Below are positions 1 through 9,324 of a stretch of 64,000 nt of DNA, one piece after another. Origin of the DNA: an uncultured Rhodoluna sp. (GTDB taxonomy: Bacteria > Actinomycetota > Actinomycetes > Actinomycetales > Microbacteriaceae); assembly GCA_964394575.1 (NCBI GenBank), contig CAYMYB010000005.1, positions 11,141 to 75,140 on the forward strand, read 5' to 3'. A program made the position numbers and the translations under genes. Each line of letters opens with the position of its first letter. Position 1 is the stretch's first letter. The notes beneath the pieces were generated by a model. The model saw nothing but the letters and a program-made list of their open reading frames with translations. It was not told the DNA's origin and did no database searches.

Positions 1-376
1 AAATGATGCGTTTGACCGAGTTGGCCTTTGCAGAGCGACTGAATATTTCTGCCCAAGATTTTTCTTCAGCCTCGAAATCGTCCCTTACCATCAGCGCGTG
101 CAAAAGGTAGTAGGCAATATCAACACCTTGGAGGGCTTTGGACACGGCGGCCTCATCACTGGCATCGCCTTCAACGACCTGAACCTGCCCAAACCAGGGG
201 TAGCTGGTGAGCCTTTCGATGTTTCTTGCAAATACCCGGACCCGATAGCCATGCAGAAGCAATTCACGAATCAGTCGTCCGCCGATGTAGCCGGTCGCGC
301 CAGTTACCAGGCAGAGAGCTGGTTCGCCCTGCTCATTACGAGCCAGTTCCAATCCGGCCGTGATTTCACTGCTCAT
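1..376 (-). CDS. NAD(P)-binding SDR / NmrA-like protein, N-terminal part (gene continues past the left edge)
   Basis: Absent from the ORF track because it has no stop inside the window. Reverse translation from the ATG at 376..374 reads MSSEITAGLELARNEQGEPALCLVTGATGYIGGRLIRELLLHGYRVRVFARN... This carries a TGxxGxxG Rossmann motif near the N-terminus. It has an ATGA start/stop overlap with the upstream DUF1684 gene. Confidence 0.7.
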   Translation of the reverse strand, partial: MSSEITAGLELARNEQGEPALCLVTGATGYIGGRLIRELLLHGYRVRVFARNIERLTSYPWFGQVQVVEGDASDEAAVSKALQGVDIAYYLLHALMVRDDFEAEEKSWAEIFSRSAKANSVKRII

Positions 377-1149
377 TGGTGCACCTGAGAAACGACTCCG
401 TTAGCGGTGTTGCGATAGAGCGGCTTTTTCTCACCAGCTTCAATTGCAATCGGTAAGCGATTTTCGATTGGCGCAACTGGGCAGGTGGCAAAGTCGGTGT
501 AGGAGCAGGGGAAGTTACCCGAGTAATTGAAATCAACCAAGTAGCTGCCATCTTCCTGATAGCTTGCGGTGACACTTCGACCGGTGCCGTAACTCAGATT
601 GCCGCTGGTGGCATCCCTATAGATGATGACAAGGTCTTGGCTGCCAATTTTATCGAAAGCAGTTAGGCGAAAAGTCTGTCCGTCAAGCTCAAACTCTAAG
701 GATCCGGGAGAGACGTAACCTACGGTCATTCCTTCGATTACTGTGCCAACCAGCATTTCCTTAGGGGCATCAAATGGAATCAGTTTTGCATTGACTGCAA
801 ATTTGGCATCGTAGTCAAAGGTAATTACCCCTTGAAAGATTTTCAGCATTTCCGAATTAGGATCTCTTGGTCGAACCACCATCTGGTTGTTTCGAATAGC
901 CAACTCAAGCTTTACATCGTCAAAATCAATTTGCATGTCATCGGTTAACTTCCAAGAGTGATCACCGGTCTTACTGTTTTTTACCAAAATTGTGTTTCCA
1001 TCGGCATACCATTGGCCGGAAACCCCAACCACATCCTGTGGTTGACTATCCAGCCAAGCTATTGTGGTAATGCTTAAGAATCCGGTTGGGTCAGAAAAAA
1101 ATCGATTTCGTGAGGCTAACCAGTTTTGCCATTTTTCGGGAGAAGTCAT
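373..1149 (-). CDS. DUF1684 family protein
   Basis: 258-aa ORF. The C-terminal ...FPCSYTDFATCPVAPIENRLPIAIEAGEK matches the remembered DUF1684 signature (CP.P..N.L...I.AGE). Confidence 0.7.
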   Translation of the reverse strand: MTSPEKWQNWLASRNRFFSDPTGFLSITTIAWLDSQPQDVVGVSGQWYADGNTILVKNSKTGDHSWKLTDDMQIDFDDVKLELAIRNNQMVVRPRDPNSEMLKIFQGVITFDYDAKFAVNAKLIPFDAPKEMLVGTVIEGMTVGYVSPGSLEFELDGQTFRLTAFDKIGSQDLVIIYRDATSGNLSYGTGRSVTASYQEDGSYLVDFNYSGNFPCSYTDFATCPVAPIENRLPIAIEAGEKKPLYRNTANGVVSQVHQ

Positions 1150-1158
1150 ATAGCAAGA

Positions 1159-2097
1159 TTAGTCGCGGTTTAGTTGTTCGACTAAATCGATGGCGACAAT
1201 CCGCTTGTTTGATTTAGGTGCCTGAACCGCGATGTGCAGAACGTAGAAATCCCCAGGTTTTAGAGAAGTGATTTCAACGAGAAGTTTTCTAGTTTGCTTA
1301 TCCGCATACTCGGCTAGCGCCTCGACAATAATCGGGAAAGTCGGGCGATGAGAGCAAATTACAAAAGATTGCCCTCTCCCAATAAGCTTGTGGACTAGTT
1401 TTTTGGTTCGCTGTGGCCCGTTTTTAGCACCCAATTCGCTTAGCTGGGATCGTTCGACCATGTTAACTCGGTACTTGGCTACAAACGGAGTGACCGTGTC
1501 CATACAGCGCTTCCAGTGGCTAGAAACCACTAGTTTTGGGCCGAAGGCTGCCAAAACATCGGTAAGACCTACAGCCTGAACAGCCCCAATCGGTAGCAGC
1601 GGCCTAGTTGATTCACCCCTAGACCATTGATCTCTTGGCGTGGCTTTGGCGTGGCGAAGCAGAATCATCGACCGTGTTTGCAAAAGCCCAGCCTGATCCA
1701 GCTCAACAAGTCTTTCCAGCGGTTCAAGATCGTGTTTGTAGCTGAGTTTCTTTTTGGCTTCTTTGATGCTGAACCAGTCCAGGCTGCCGACTTCATCATC
1801 TGGTATGAAGCGTTGGGCACGGAGCTGCGCGTCGGTCACTTCGGCGGCCCAGTAGTGAACATATTTTTTGACCTTATCAACCCGGTATTCAACTACGGCT
1901 AATTTCACACCGAGGTGAACTTTCAGGCCGGTTTCTTCTTTTATTTCACGGATAGCCGCAGCATTGACATGCTCGTTTTTATCAAGTTTGCCCTTTGGCC
2001 AGGACCAATCATCGTAGCGGTGACGATGAATAACCAGAACTTTTAACTCGCCTTCAACTTTCCGCCATAAAATGGCGCCGGCTGCAACAATCGCCAT
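1159..2097 (-). CDS. mutT1: NUDIX hydrolase fused to a histidine-phosphatase (SixA-like) domain, MutT1-like
   Basis: Perfect Nudix box GKLDKNEHVNAAAIREIKEETGL (Gx5Ex7REUxEExGU). The C-terminal half starts ILLRHAKA, an RH(G/A) phosphohistidine motif. The start overlaps the ppk stop by 1 nt, and the pairing matches Rv2984/Rv2985 in M. tuberculosis. Confidence 0.75.
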   Translation of the reverse strand: MAIVAAGAILWRKVEGELKVLVIHRHRYDDWSWPKGKLDKNEHVNAAAIREIKEETGLKVHLGVKLAVVEYRVDKVKKYVHYWAAEVTDAQLRAQRFIPDDEVGSLDWFSIKEAKKKLSYKHDLEPLERLVELDQAGLLQTRSMILLRHAKATPRDQWSRGESTRPLLPIGAVQAVGLTDVLAAFGPKLVVSSHWKRCMDTVTPFVAKYRVNMVERSQLSELGAKNGPQRTKKLVHKLIGRGQSFVICSHRPTFPIIVEALAEYADKQTRKLLVEITSLKPGDFYVLHIAVQAPKSNKRIVAIDLVEQLNRD

Positions 2098-4214
2098 CAG
2101 TGATTAAAACCCGATTGCTGGGTTCGAATCATCAGTTGCTCTTGAACATCTACTAAACCTGCTAAGTCCCGACCGGCATTTCTAAGCCAAATGCCATCGG
2201 CGGAAAGGTGCCAGGAATTAGAGTTATCGCTCATTGATAGCTTGAACAACTCTTCCATTTCGCGAAGATGATCCGCTTGGCGTAGCCTAACCAAAGTCTC
2301 CACGCGCCTATCCAAGTTGCGGTGCATCATATCCGCTGAGCCGATATATACAATCGGATCTTGATTATTTAAAAAGCGGAATACTCGTGAGTGCTCAAGG
2401 TATCTTCCGAGAATTGAGCGAACCCGGATAGTTTCGGATAATCCCTCAACACCTGGCTTTAGTGCACACATACCACGCACCACAATATCAATCGGCACTC
2501 CTACTCGAGAAGCCCGGTAAAGCGAGTCAATTATCTGCTCATCAACCAGACTGTTTAGTTTCAATTGAATTCCCGAAGGCTTACCTTCTATGGCATTTTT
2601 GGCCTCGGCCTCAATAAGCTTGGTAAGTCCTTCGCGAACACCAACGGGTGAGACCATCAACTCGGAGAAGCTCAAATCTTCGGCGTAAGCCGAAAGCCGA
2701 TTGAACAATTTGGCGATGTCTTCACCGACAGCATCTCGCGAGGTTAGAAGCCCGTAGTCTTCATAAAATCTTGCTGTGGTTGGGTTGTAGTTTCCGGTAC
2801 CTATGTGGCAGTAGCGCTTGAGTCGACCCTCTTCCTGTCGAATCACCATGGCAAGTTTGCAGTGGGTTTTTAGCCCAACAATTCCATAAACCACATGCAC
2901 GCCGGCTTGTTCAAGGATTCGAGCCCAGGCGATGTTGTTTTCTTCATCAAATCGGGCCTTGATCTCTACTAGAACCAGCACCTGCTTGCCGGCATGGGCG
3001 GCTTTAATTAGGGCATCAATAATTGGTGAATCACCGCTGGTTCGATAGAGGGTCTGCTTTATGGCAAATACTTTGGGATCCTCGGCTGCTGCCTCGATGA
3101 AAGCTTGAACGCTCTTGGTGAAAGATTCATAGGGGTGATGCAGCAGGATATCCCGCTCGCGCATGGCTTGGAAAATACTCTTTTCGTTATCAATTACCGG
3201 TTTCAGATACCGGTTGGTAACTCGACCGTGGGCCTTGTAGTGCAGGTCGTTACGGCTGATTTTGGCAATCGTGCTTAGGCCGGTTAGATCGAGCGGACCT
3301 TCAAGATGATAGATATCATCATCGTCTTCGATGCCAAGTTCCTCTTTCAGCAGCGTCAGCACCTCTGGGTTGATGGTTTTAGAAACCTCCAGCCTTACCG
3401 CTGGTCCAAATTTGCGTCTGGCTAACTCTTCTTCCAAAGCTTGAAGTAAATTTTCCGCCTCATCCTCATCGACATAAAGATCTTCATTTCTGGTTACTCG
3501 GAAATTGTGGTGTTGCAGAATCTCCATACCCTCAAAAAGTGAACCTAACTGCTCACCAATTATTTCCTCTAAGGCAACAAACTTTAAACCAGAATTTGAA
3601 CCAGTGACTTCAACAAATCGCGCCAAAGTTGGTGGCACCTTTACTCTGGCAAAGAGGTGGCCCTCTTCGCTCGGGTGTTTTATCATGACGGCAATATTTA
3701 GTGAGAGTCCAGAGATATATGGAAAAGGGTGGGCCGGGTCAACCGCTAACGGGGTGAGAATTGGAAAGACCTGTTTGCGGTAATACTCAGCAAGACTGTC
3801 TTTCTCCGCTTGATTAAGCGCCTCCCAACTAACAATCTGGATTCGGCTCTCTGCAAGTGCTGGCTCTAGTTTTTCTAAGAACAGCTTGGCGTGACGTTCC
3901 TGCAATTGGTGCGCAACTTTGCTGATGTGTGAGAGCACCTGCTCGGGGGAGTAACCACTGCTGGAGATTACCGCTAGGCCAGTTGCGATTCGGCGTTTCA
4001 ACCCAGCGACTCGAACCATGAAAAACTCATCCAGGTTTGAGGCAAAAATGCTGGCGAAGTTCACCCGTTCCAAAAGTGGAAGGCTAACATCTTCAGCTAG
4101 TTCTAGAACCCGCTCGTTGAAAGCTAACCAGGACAGTTCACGATCAATGAATCTGTCCTCGGGTAGGTCAAAACCACTTGGTGGCAATGGGATTGCCATG
4201 GTTTCTTCAGACAT
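2097..4214 (-). CDS. ppk: polyphosphate kinase 1
   Basis: 705 aa with family-typical stretches: FINRELSWLAFNERVLELA, NLDEFFMVRVAGL, HCKLAMVIR, IGSADMMHRNLDRRVE. Confidence 0.95.
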   Translation of the reverse strand: MSEETMAIPLPPSGFDLPEDRFIDRELSWLAFNERVLELAEDVSLPLLERVNFASIFASNLDEFFMVRVAGLKRRIATGLAVISSSGYSPEQVLSHISKVAHQLQERHAKLFLEKLEPALAESRIQIVSWEALNQAEKDSLAEYYRKQVFPILTPLAVDPAHPFPYISGLSLNIAVMIKHPSEEGHLFARVKVPPTLARFVEVTGSNSGLKFVALEEIIGEQLGSLFEGMEILQHHNFRVTRNEDLYVDEDEAENLLQALEEELARRKFGPAVRLEVSKTINPEVLTLLKEELGIEDDDDIYHLEGPLDLTGLSTIAKISRNDLHYKAHGRVTNRYLKPVIDNEKSIFQAMRERDILLHHPYESFTKSVQAFIEAAAEDPKVFAIKQTLYRTSGDSPIIDALIKAAHAGKQVLVLVEIKARFDEENNIAWARILEQAGVHVVYGIVGLKTHCKLAMVIRQEEGRLKRYCHIGTGNYNPTTARFYEDYGLLTSRDAVGEDIAKLFNRLSAYAEDLSFSELMVSPVGVREGLTKLIEAEAKNAIEGKPSGIQLKLNSLVDEQIIDSLYRASRVGVPIDIVVRGMCALKPGVEGLSETIRVRSILGRYLEHSRVFRFLNNQDPIVYIGSADMMHRNLDRRVETLVRLRQADHLREMEELFKLSMSDNSNSWHLSADGIWLRNAGRDLAGLVDVQEQLMIRTQQSGFNH

Positions 4215-4255
4215 GTTCCTATCCTTGCAGTTTCTGGTTAAGTTCAGTTGAACTT

Positions 4256-4942
4256 TTAGTAGCCGCCGGTAACGCTGGGCTCATCCTCAACCACCAGGTT
4301 GAATCGATATCCTACGTTTCTAACCGTGCTGATTAGGCCCTCAAGATCGCCTAGTTTGGCCCGTAAACGCCTGATGTGAACATCGACGGTTCTGGTACCG
4401 CCAAAATAGTCGTAGCCCCAGACTTCACTAAGCAGCTGGTCTCTGGTGAATACCCGACCAGGGTGCTGGGCTAGAAATTTGAGCAGTTCAAATTCTTTAA
4501 ACGTCAAATCCATTGGCTCGCCGTGCAATTTAGCTGAATAGGATGCCTCGTCGATGATCACACCAGAGGTTTGGATTTTGCCGAAGGAATCGGCGGCAAT
4601 GCTTTTGGCTATGGCTAGGCGAATGCGCGTATCAATCTCAGCTGGCCCAGCGCTTTCCAGCATGAAGTCATCTGCACCCCATTCATTTGATATACCTGCT
4701 AGTCCACCTTCGCTAACAATCAGGATGAGTGGGCAGGATAGACCGGTGGTATTTAGCAGACTGGCTAGGGACTTGGCGTTTACCAGATCACGCCTGGCAT
4801 CCAAAAGCACCACGTCGGTTGCTGGGGCGTTCATAAGGGCAACCGGGTCAGCCTTAATGAAGCGGACCTTATGGCTAAGCAGGGCCAGCGCAGGCAGCAT
4901 GCTGTGGTCTGTTGCCTCAGACAGAACCAGCAAATGTGCCAT
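4256..4942 (-). CDS. glnR: orphan OmpR-family regulator with atypical receiver domain (GlnR-like)
   Basis: C-terminal winged helix ([53 protein letters not shown]). The N-terminal domain lacks the DD/DE acidic pocket ([10 protein letters not shown]) but keeps VVLLDARRD. The overall pattern closely resembles my memory of Streptomyces GlnR. There is no adjacent kinase. Confidence 0.6.
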   Translation of the reverse strand: MAHLLVLSEATDHSMLPALALLSHKVRFIKADPVALMNAPATDVVLLDARRDLVNAKSLASLLNTTGLSCPLILIVSEGGLAGISNEWGADDFMLESAGPAEIDTRIRLAIAKSIAADSFGKIQTSGVIIDEASYSAKLHGEPMDLTFKEFELLKFLAQHPGRVFTRDQLLSEVWGYDYFGGTRTVDVHIRRLRAKLGDLEGLISTVRNVGYRFNLVVEDEPSVTGGY

Positions 4943-4976
4943 TTTGCCTCCCGTTTAATGCATTAATCCTACCTGC

Positions 4977-5252
4977 TTGGGGCAAGATGGTTTTATGCGT
5001 AAAGACTGGATTGCCATCAGCTCGGTATGGCTCTTGGTTGCCTTGGGGGCGGCGCTCGCTATCACCTTTCTGAGTGAAAAAGATGCCATTCGGGGCTTTG
5101 GCGTTTTGGCCGCAGGCTCAATCGCGCTAGTTTCCCTAGTGCACTTATTCTCCTCCCACACCAACGGAATCGTCTGGCGTTTGATTTATGCCGCCGGTGG
5201 TTCCTGGGCAATTCTGGGTTTAGCCGGCCTATACATATTGCTAAAGCCTTAA
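4977..5252 (+). CDS. small integral membrane protein (3 predicted TM segments)
   Basis: 91-aa ORF with hydrophobic segments WIAISSVWLLVALGAALAITFL, GVLAAGSIALVSLVHLF and WAILGLAGLYILL. No family recognised. Confidence 0.5.
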   Translation: MGQDGFMRKDWIAISSVWLLVALGAALAITFLSEKDAIRGFGVLAAGSIALVSLVHLFSSHTNGIVWRLIYAAGGSWAILGLAGLYILLKP

Positions 5253-5261
5253 ACTTGTCTT

Positions 5262-5366
5262 ATGCCTATCGATCTATTTTTCACCGGACTATTAGTACTT
5301 GCTGGCCTAGCCATCGGTGCGATTAGTGTTCTCGTTATTTACAAACTCTTCAAGGGCCAACGCTAG
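5262..5366 (+). CDS. candidate 34-aa single-TM micro-protein
   Basis: Hand-translated as MPIDLFFTGLLVLAGLAIGAISVLVIYKLFKGQR. It begins 9 nt after the upstream stop, and its TAG is immediately followed by the TTG start of the next gene. There is no obvious SD, and it is too short for the ORF track. Confidence 0.3.
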   Translation: MPIDLFFTGLLVLAGLAIGAISVLVIYKLFKGQR

Positions 5367-5996
5367 TTGTTCGTTTTGCCCGAAGGCTTATCGCCTGAGT
5401 TAAACCCGCTTGCCTTTCTGATCGGAAGCTGGGAGGGCTCAGGGGTGGTCAGCAGCAAGTTTCTGAATGACGAGAATCATCAGGAACATAAATTTCAGCA
5501 GCGAATCACCTTTTCTGCTGGAGCGGGAAATTTCCTCAGCTATCACTCAGTGGCCAGGCTGATTGACAGTGACATTGAGTTACCGGCTGAACTAGGATTC
5601 TGGCGACTAGCCAAGCCAGCTGAGCCTTCTGATCATGGTCCAGCTTTGCTGCCGGGAAGTGGCGAAAGAAATATTAATTCGGCAGAAGATTTAGAGAAGC
5701 TTCGTAACAGCAGAGGTGGATTTGATATTGAAGCTTCAATTATTCACCCCGGTGGCGCTTACGAGTTTTACGCCGGTCAGGTAAAAAGCGGTCGAATCGA
5801 TATTCGAACAGTTGCTGGTTCGCACATGCCGATGCATCTAATTGAAGCCGGTAAAGGTTGGGGCTATGCCGAGCGGATGTATGGCACAGTAACAAAAGAA
5901 GGTGTTACCAAACTGTTTTGGATTATGGAAGTGGCGGGTTCGGTTCGTGACGAACTGGTACCGCTGGTTTCGGTCGAACTTGATCGCGTTGGCTAG
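5367..5996 (+). CDS. FABP-fold / nitrobindin-like beta-barrel protein (Rv0813c-like)
   Basis: N-terminal LAFLIGSWEGSG motif typical of the actinobacterial FABP/DUF1794 family. It sits next to ygfZ, as in M. tuberculosis. TTG start assumed. Confidence 0.6.
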   Translation: MFVLPEGLSPELNPLAFLIGSWEGSGVVSSKFLNDENHQEHKFQQRITFSAGAGNFLSYHSVARLIDSDIELPAELGFWRLAKPAEPSDHGPALLPGSGERNINSAEDLEKLRNSRGGFDIEASIIHPGGAYEFYAGQVKSGRIDIRTVAGSHMPMHLIEAGKGWGYAERMYGTVTKEGVTKLFWIMEVAGSVRDELVPLVSVELDRVG

Positions 5997-5997
5997 C

Positions 5998-6969
5998 ATG
6001 AAGCACATTCCAGGTAACCCAAACACTCAGCAGCGTGAACTTATAGCCGGTCGCGCTTATGTCGAACTAGATAAAAAAGTTATTGAGCTTAGCGGTGCTG
6101 ATCGGTTGAGTTGGCTAAATGACATGTTTAGCCAAAAGTTAGATGATCTTCAACCGGGCGAAGTTAGCGAAGCACTCTGGCTTGATGTGCAGGGTCACAT
6201 CCTGCGTGATTTTCACATTGTCGCAATGCAAGATAGCCTCTGGCTAATCACCTTTGCCGCTGGGGTTGATGAATTGATTGCTCAGCTGCAGCGCTTGGTG
6301 TTCCGAGCAAAAGTAAACCTAAATCTCCGGGACGAGCTCAAAGTGTTCGCTAGTTTCAATCAGGAAATACCTAACTCCTTAGCCAGCTGGAAAGATAACT
6401 GGCCGAATACTCTTCCAGGTGGCTGGCGCTACGGTCAGCAATCAACCGAGCCTTGGCACTATTTTGAAAGCGTAAGAGAATTGGCTCCAGAGAATCTGGC
6501 ACCAGCAAGCCTGAGCGCTCTGACGGCGCTGCGCGTAGCCGCCTGGCGGCCGGCCGGTCCTGATGAAATTGATGACAAAGCGCTACCGCACGAATTTGAT
6601 TGGTTGGCTACCGCAGTGCATCTGCAGAAGGGCTGCTACCGCGGCCAAGAAACTTTGGCTAAAGTGCATAACCTAGGTGCTCCACCGCGTCGGTTGGTAT
6701 TCCTGCACCTCGATGGCTCCAGTCATCAACTGCCAGAACCCGGCGATCAGGTTAAAGCCGAGGGTGTAATCGGCAAAATAACTTCGGTCGGTCAGCATTA
6801 TGAGATGGGGCCAATTGCCCTAGCGCTGATAAAACGTAACGCCAAGAGTGAAACGGTGAGTGTTGTTTTAGCTGACGGTACTGAGGTTCCGGCTGCGGTA
6901 GAAATGATTGTGCCAAGCGATGCTGGCGGGGTAGTTGATCTCGGCCAGTTCCGTGCTAAACGGGACTGA
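5998..6969 (+). CDS. ygfZ: folate-binding protein YgfZ (aminomethyltransferase-like, Fe-S cluster repair)
   Basis: Signature KGCYRGQE present. I chose the ATG at 5998 (MKHIPG...), just after the upstream TAG, rather than the track start at 5902, which overlaps the preceding gene by 95 nt. Confidence 0.8.
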   Translation: MKHIPGNPNTQQRELIAGRAYVELDKKVIELSGADRLSWLNDMFSQKLDDLQPGEVSEALWLDVQGHILRDFHIVAMQDSLWLITFAAGVDELIAQLQRLVFRAKVNLNLRDELKVFASFNQEIPNSLASWKDNWPNTLPGGWRYGQQSTEPWHYFESVRELAPENLAPASLSALTALRVAAWRPAGPDEIDDKALPHEFDWLATAVHLQKGCYRGQETLAKVHNLGAPPRRLVFLHLDGSSHQLPEPGDQVKAEGVIGKITSVGQHYEMGPIALALIKRNAKSETVSVVLADGTEVPAAVEMIVPSDAGGVVDLGQFRAKRD

Positions 6970-7752
6970 TTAGCAAACCGCTTCCCAAGCAATAGTTAGT
7001 TCTCCCAAACGCCAGCGCTTTGGTTCACGAGAAACCGGCCAACCGGCATCGATGAGATTCTGACAGCTAGCGCTAAATCTCTGAGCGGGGGAGAAAACCG
7101 AAAGTGCTGAGTTTGCCAGCCAGGTTTTATCCAACTGTTCCAGAAACTCATGAATTTTATTGCCGTCGATGTTTCGGTGAATCAGAGCCTTCGGTAACCG
7201 CTCGGCGACTTTTGCCGGTTGGGTGAGCCCGAGCAATCGAAAGGACAGCGTAAGAGTTTTGGCTTTATCTTTATCCAGGGTTATCCAACTGGCCAGTCTG
7301 CCAATTTCATCACAGGTGCCCTCAACTATATGACCACCGAGCCCAAGTCTAGATTGCATCAGTGCCCACGATTTTTCCACCTCTGATTGGTCATACTGTC
7401 TTAGGACGTTCATCGCCCGAATGAGAGAAATTGGTTGGTTGAAGCTAGCCGTCTGCGAAATTTCGAAACCGCCAAGCTCAAATTTAAGATCAGCATTTTC
7501 AAACGGCTTAGCCCTAGCTACCCGTTCAGGATCAATTTCGACACCGATTAGTTGTGCCCGGGGATTTATTTTCTTTATGCGTTCCAATAACTCAATTGAG
7601 GTAATCGGGTTTGCCCCAAAACCAAGATCCACCACGAGTGGTTTTTCAACCTGCCGCAGGACAGCCAGATTGCAGATGTATCGGTCGACACGTCTAAGCC
7701 GATTTGGATTAGTGGTCCCACGGGTTATGACACCGACTGGTCTTCGCAACAC
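6970..7752 (-). CDS. class I SAM-dependent methyltransferase-like protein
   Basis: Motif I-like VVDLGFGANP followed by LIGVEIDP (an acidic residue at the end of beta-2). No more specific assignment is possible. Confidence 0.5.
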   Translation of the reverse strand: MLRRPVGVITRGTTNPNRLRRVDRYICNLAVLRQVEKPLVVDLGFGANPITSIELLERIKKINPRAQLIGVEIDPERVARAKPFENADLKFELGGFEISQTASFNQPISLIRAMNVLRQYDQSEVEKSWALMQSRLGLGGHIVEGTCDEIGRLASWITLDKDKAKTLTLSFRLLGLTQPAKVAERLPKALIHRNIDGNKIHEFLEQLDKTWLANSALSVFSPAQRFSASCQNLIDAGWPVSREPKRWRLGELTIAWEAVC

Positions 7753-7782
7753 GAGTTAAGGCTAACTAGATAAACTTGGGGC

Positions 7783-8532
7783 ATGGCTGAATACACACTC
7801 ATTCTTTTAAGGCACGGCAACTCGGTTTGGAATCAAAAAAACCTCTTTACCGGCTGGGTTGATGTTGATTTAAGTGACTTGGGTCGACAGGAAGCCAAAC
7901 GAGCTGGAGAGTTGTTAGCCCAGGCAGCCCTAAAGCCAGATTTGCTATACACCAGTCGGCTAAAACGCGCCATTAACACCGCAAACATCGCACTCGATGT
8001 CGCTAATCGGGGCTGGATAGATGTCAAGCGGGATTGGCGGCTCAATGAGCGCCACTATGGAGCACTGCAGGGCAAAGACAAGGCTCAGACCTTGGCAGAA
8101 TACGGGCCAGAACAGTTTCAGATTTGGCGCAGATCATTTGATGTCCCGCCACCACCAATTTCGGATGAGAGTGAATACTCACAGGCCCACGACGAAAGAT
8201 ATGCCGAGCTCGGTCAGAACATACCGAAAACGGAGTGTCTGAAAGATGTTTTAGCCAGAATGCTGCCGCTTTGGGAAAGTCAAATTAGTAAGGATTTACT
8301 AACCGGTAAAACGGTTCTGATAACCGCACACGGCAACTCACTTCGTGCGCTGGTGAAGCACCTAGATGGCATCAGCGATGCGGATATAGCCGAGCTAAAT
8401 ATTCCAACCGGAATCCCATTGCTTTATCGTCTCGATGAGAACTTGAAGCCAATAATTGCCGGTGGCGAATACTTGGACCCGGAGGCAGCAGCAGCTGGAG
8501 CTGCCGCGGTTGCCAATCAGGGTAAGAACTAG
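7783..8532 (+). CDS. gpmA: 2,3-bisphosphoglycerate-dependent phosphoglycerate mutase
   Basis: [35 protein letters not shown] and [16 protein letters not shown] are canonical GpmA motifs. Confidence 0.95.
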   Translation: MAEYTLILLRHGNSVWNQKNLFTGWVDVDLSDLGRQEAKRAGELLAQAALKPDLLYTSRLKRAINTANIALDVANRGWIDVKRDWRLNERHYGALQGKDKAQTLAEYGPEQFQIWRRSFDVPPPPISDESEYSQAHDERYAELGQNIPKTECLKDVLARMLPLWESQISKDLLTGKTVLITAHGNSLRALVKHLDGISDADIAELNIPTGIPLLYRLDENLKPIIAGGEYLDPEAAAAGAAAVANQGKN

Positions 8533-9182
8533 CCTTCTAGTTCAGACCACTCGCCGGTGGTTAGGTAAGCGACCTTTGCGGAAATGTCGACAACGTGATC
8601 GGCGAATCTTTCGTGGTACCGAGAAGCCAAGGTCACATCAACGGTATACATCGCGTTTTCTTTCCAAGAACTACTCAGCACTAGATCAAATACCGAGCGG
8701 TGTAGTTCATCCACTCTTTCATCCTCGGCCTGAATGGTTCTGGCTAAATCAACATCGGTATTCCTAAGCAGCTGGGTTAGCTTGCGGCTAAGGGCACAGT
8801 CTAAAGCGCCCATCTCACTGAAGGTTTTGCGCAGGGCTTCTGGGACTGCACTCTCTGGGTAACGAAATCGGGCGATGGTAGCAATGTGCCCAGCCAGTGA
8901 ACCCATACGTTCCAAGGAAGCGGAAATTCTGAGTGCGGAAACTAAAATTCTTAGATCTCTGGCTACCGGAGATTGCCTGGAGAGAATGCGGATGGCAAGT
9001 TCGTCAATGGCTAGTGCCCGCTGTTCGCTTACCTCGGCTAAGGCTATGGCTTCATCAGCTTTCTTAACGTCCGAGTTGAGAAAAGCCATGGACGCTTTTT
9101 CCATGATCTCAGTGACTGATTCGGATAAATCCACAAGTCGGTCTTGAACCTCACTGAGTTCTTTTTGAAAGACTTCACGCAT
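8529..9182 (-). CDS. phoU: phosphate signalling complex protein PhoU
   Basis: 217 aa with two PhoU repeats ([11 protein letters not shown]..., [14 protein letters not shown]). It is divergent from senX3-regX3. Confidence 0.9.
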   Translation of the reverse strand: MREVFQKELSEVQDRLVDLSESVTEIMEKASMAFLNSDVKKADEAIALAEVSEQRALAIDELAIRILSRQSPVARDLRILVSALRISASLERMGSLAGHIATIARFRYPESAVPEALRKTFSEMGALDCALSRKLTQLLRNTDVDLARTIQAEDERVDELHRSVFDLVLSSSWKENAMYTVDVTLASRYHERFADHVVDISAKVAYLTTGEWSELEG

Positions 9183-9324
9183 CGCAATTTCCTCTCGACC
9201 CTACGAAACTGTCGCACAGAATAGTAAACAAAGGGCAAAGTGTTCGTGAACAAAGGTCAACAAGGCCGCTTAGCCCCTCTAAATTCAAGTCTAAGCCTGC
9301 GAGAATCCAATTAGGGTTAACTAA

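Noticed and set aside
98-388. 96-aa plus-strand ORF at the left edge
   Set aside because: It is antisense to a minus-strand frame with a clear Rossmann motif that is translationally coupled to the DUF1684 gene. The plus-strand product has no recognisable motif.
4554-4958. 134-aa plus-strand ORF inside the glnR-like gene. Similar antisense ORFs occur at 42670..43227, 26066..26486, 34338..34673 and 50460..50804.
   Set aside because: Each is antisense to a well-supported gene, with low-complexity products and no motifs or start signals.
5902-5997. Track start of ygfZ overlapping the preceding gene by 95 nt
   Set aside because: The overlap region translates to a Trp/Arg-rich nonsense-like peptide. 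An ATG at 5998 directly follows the upstream stop.
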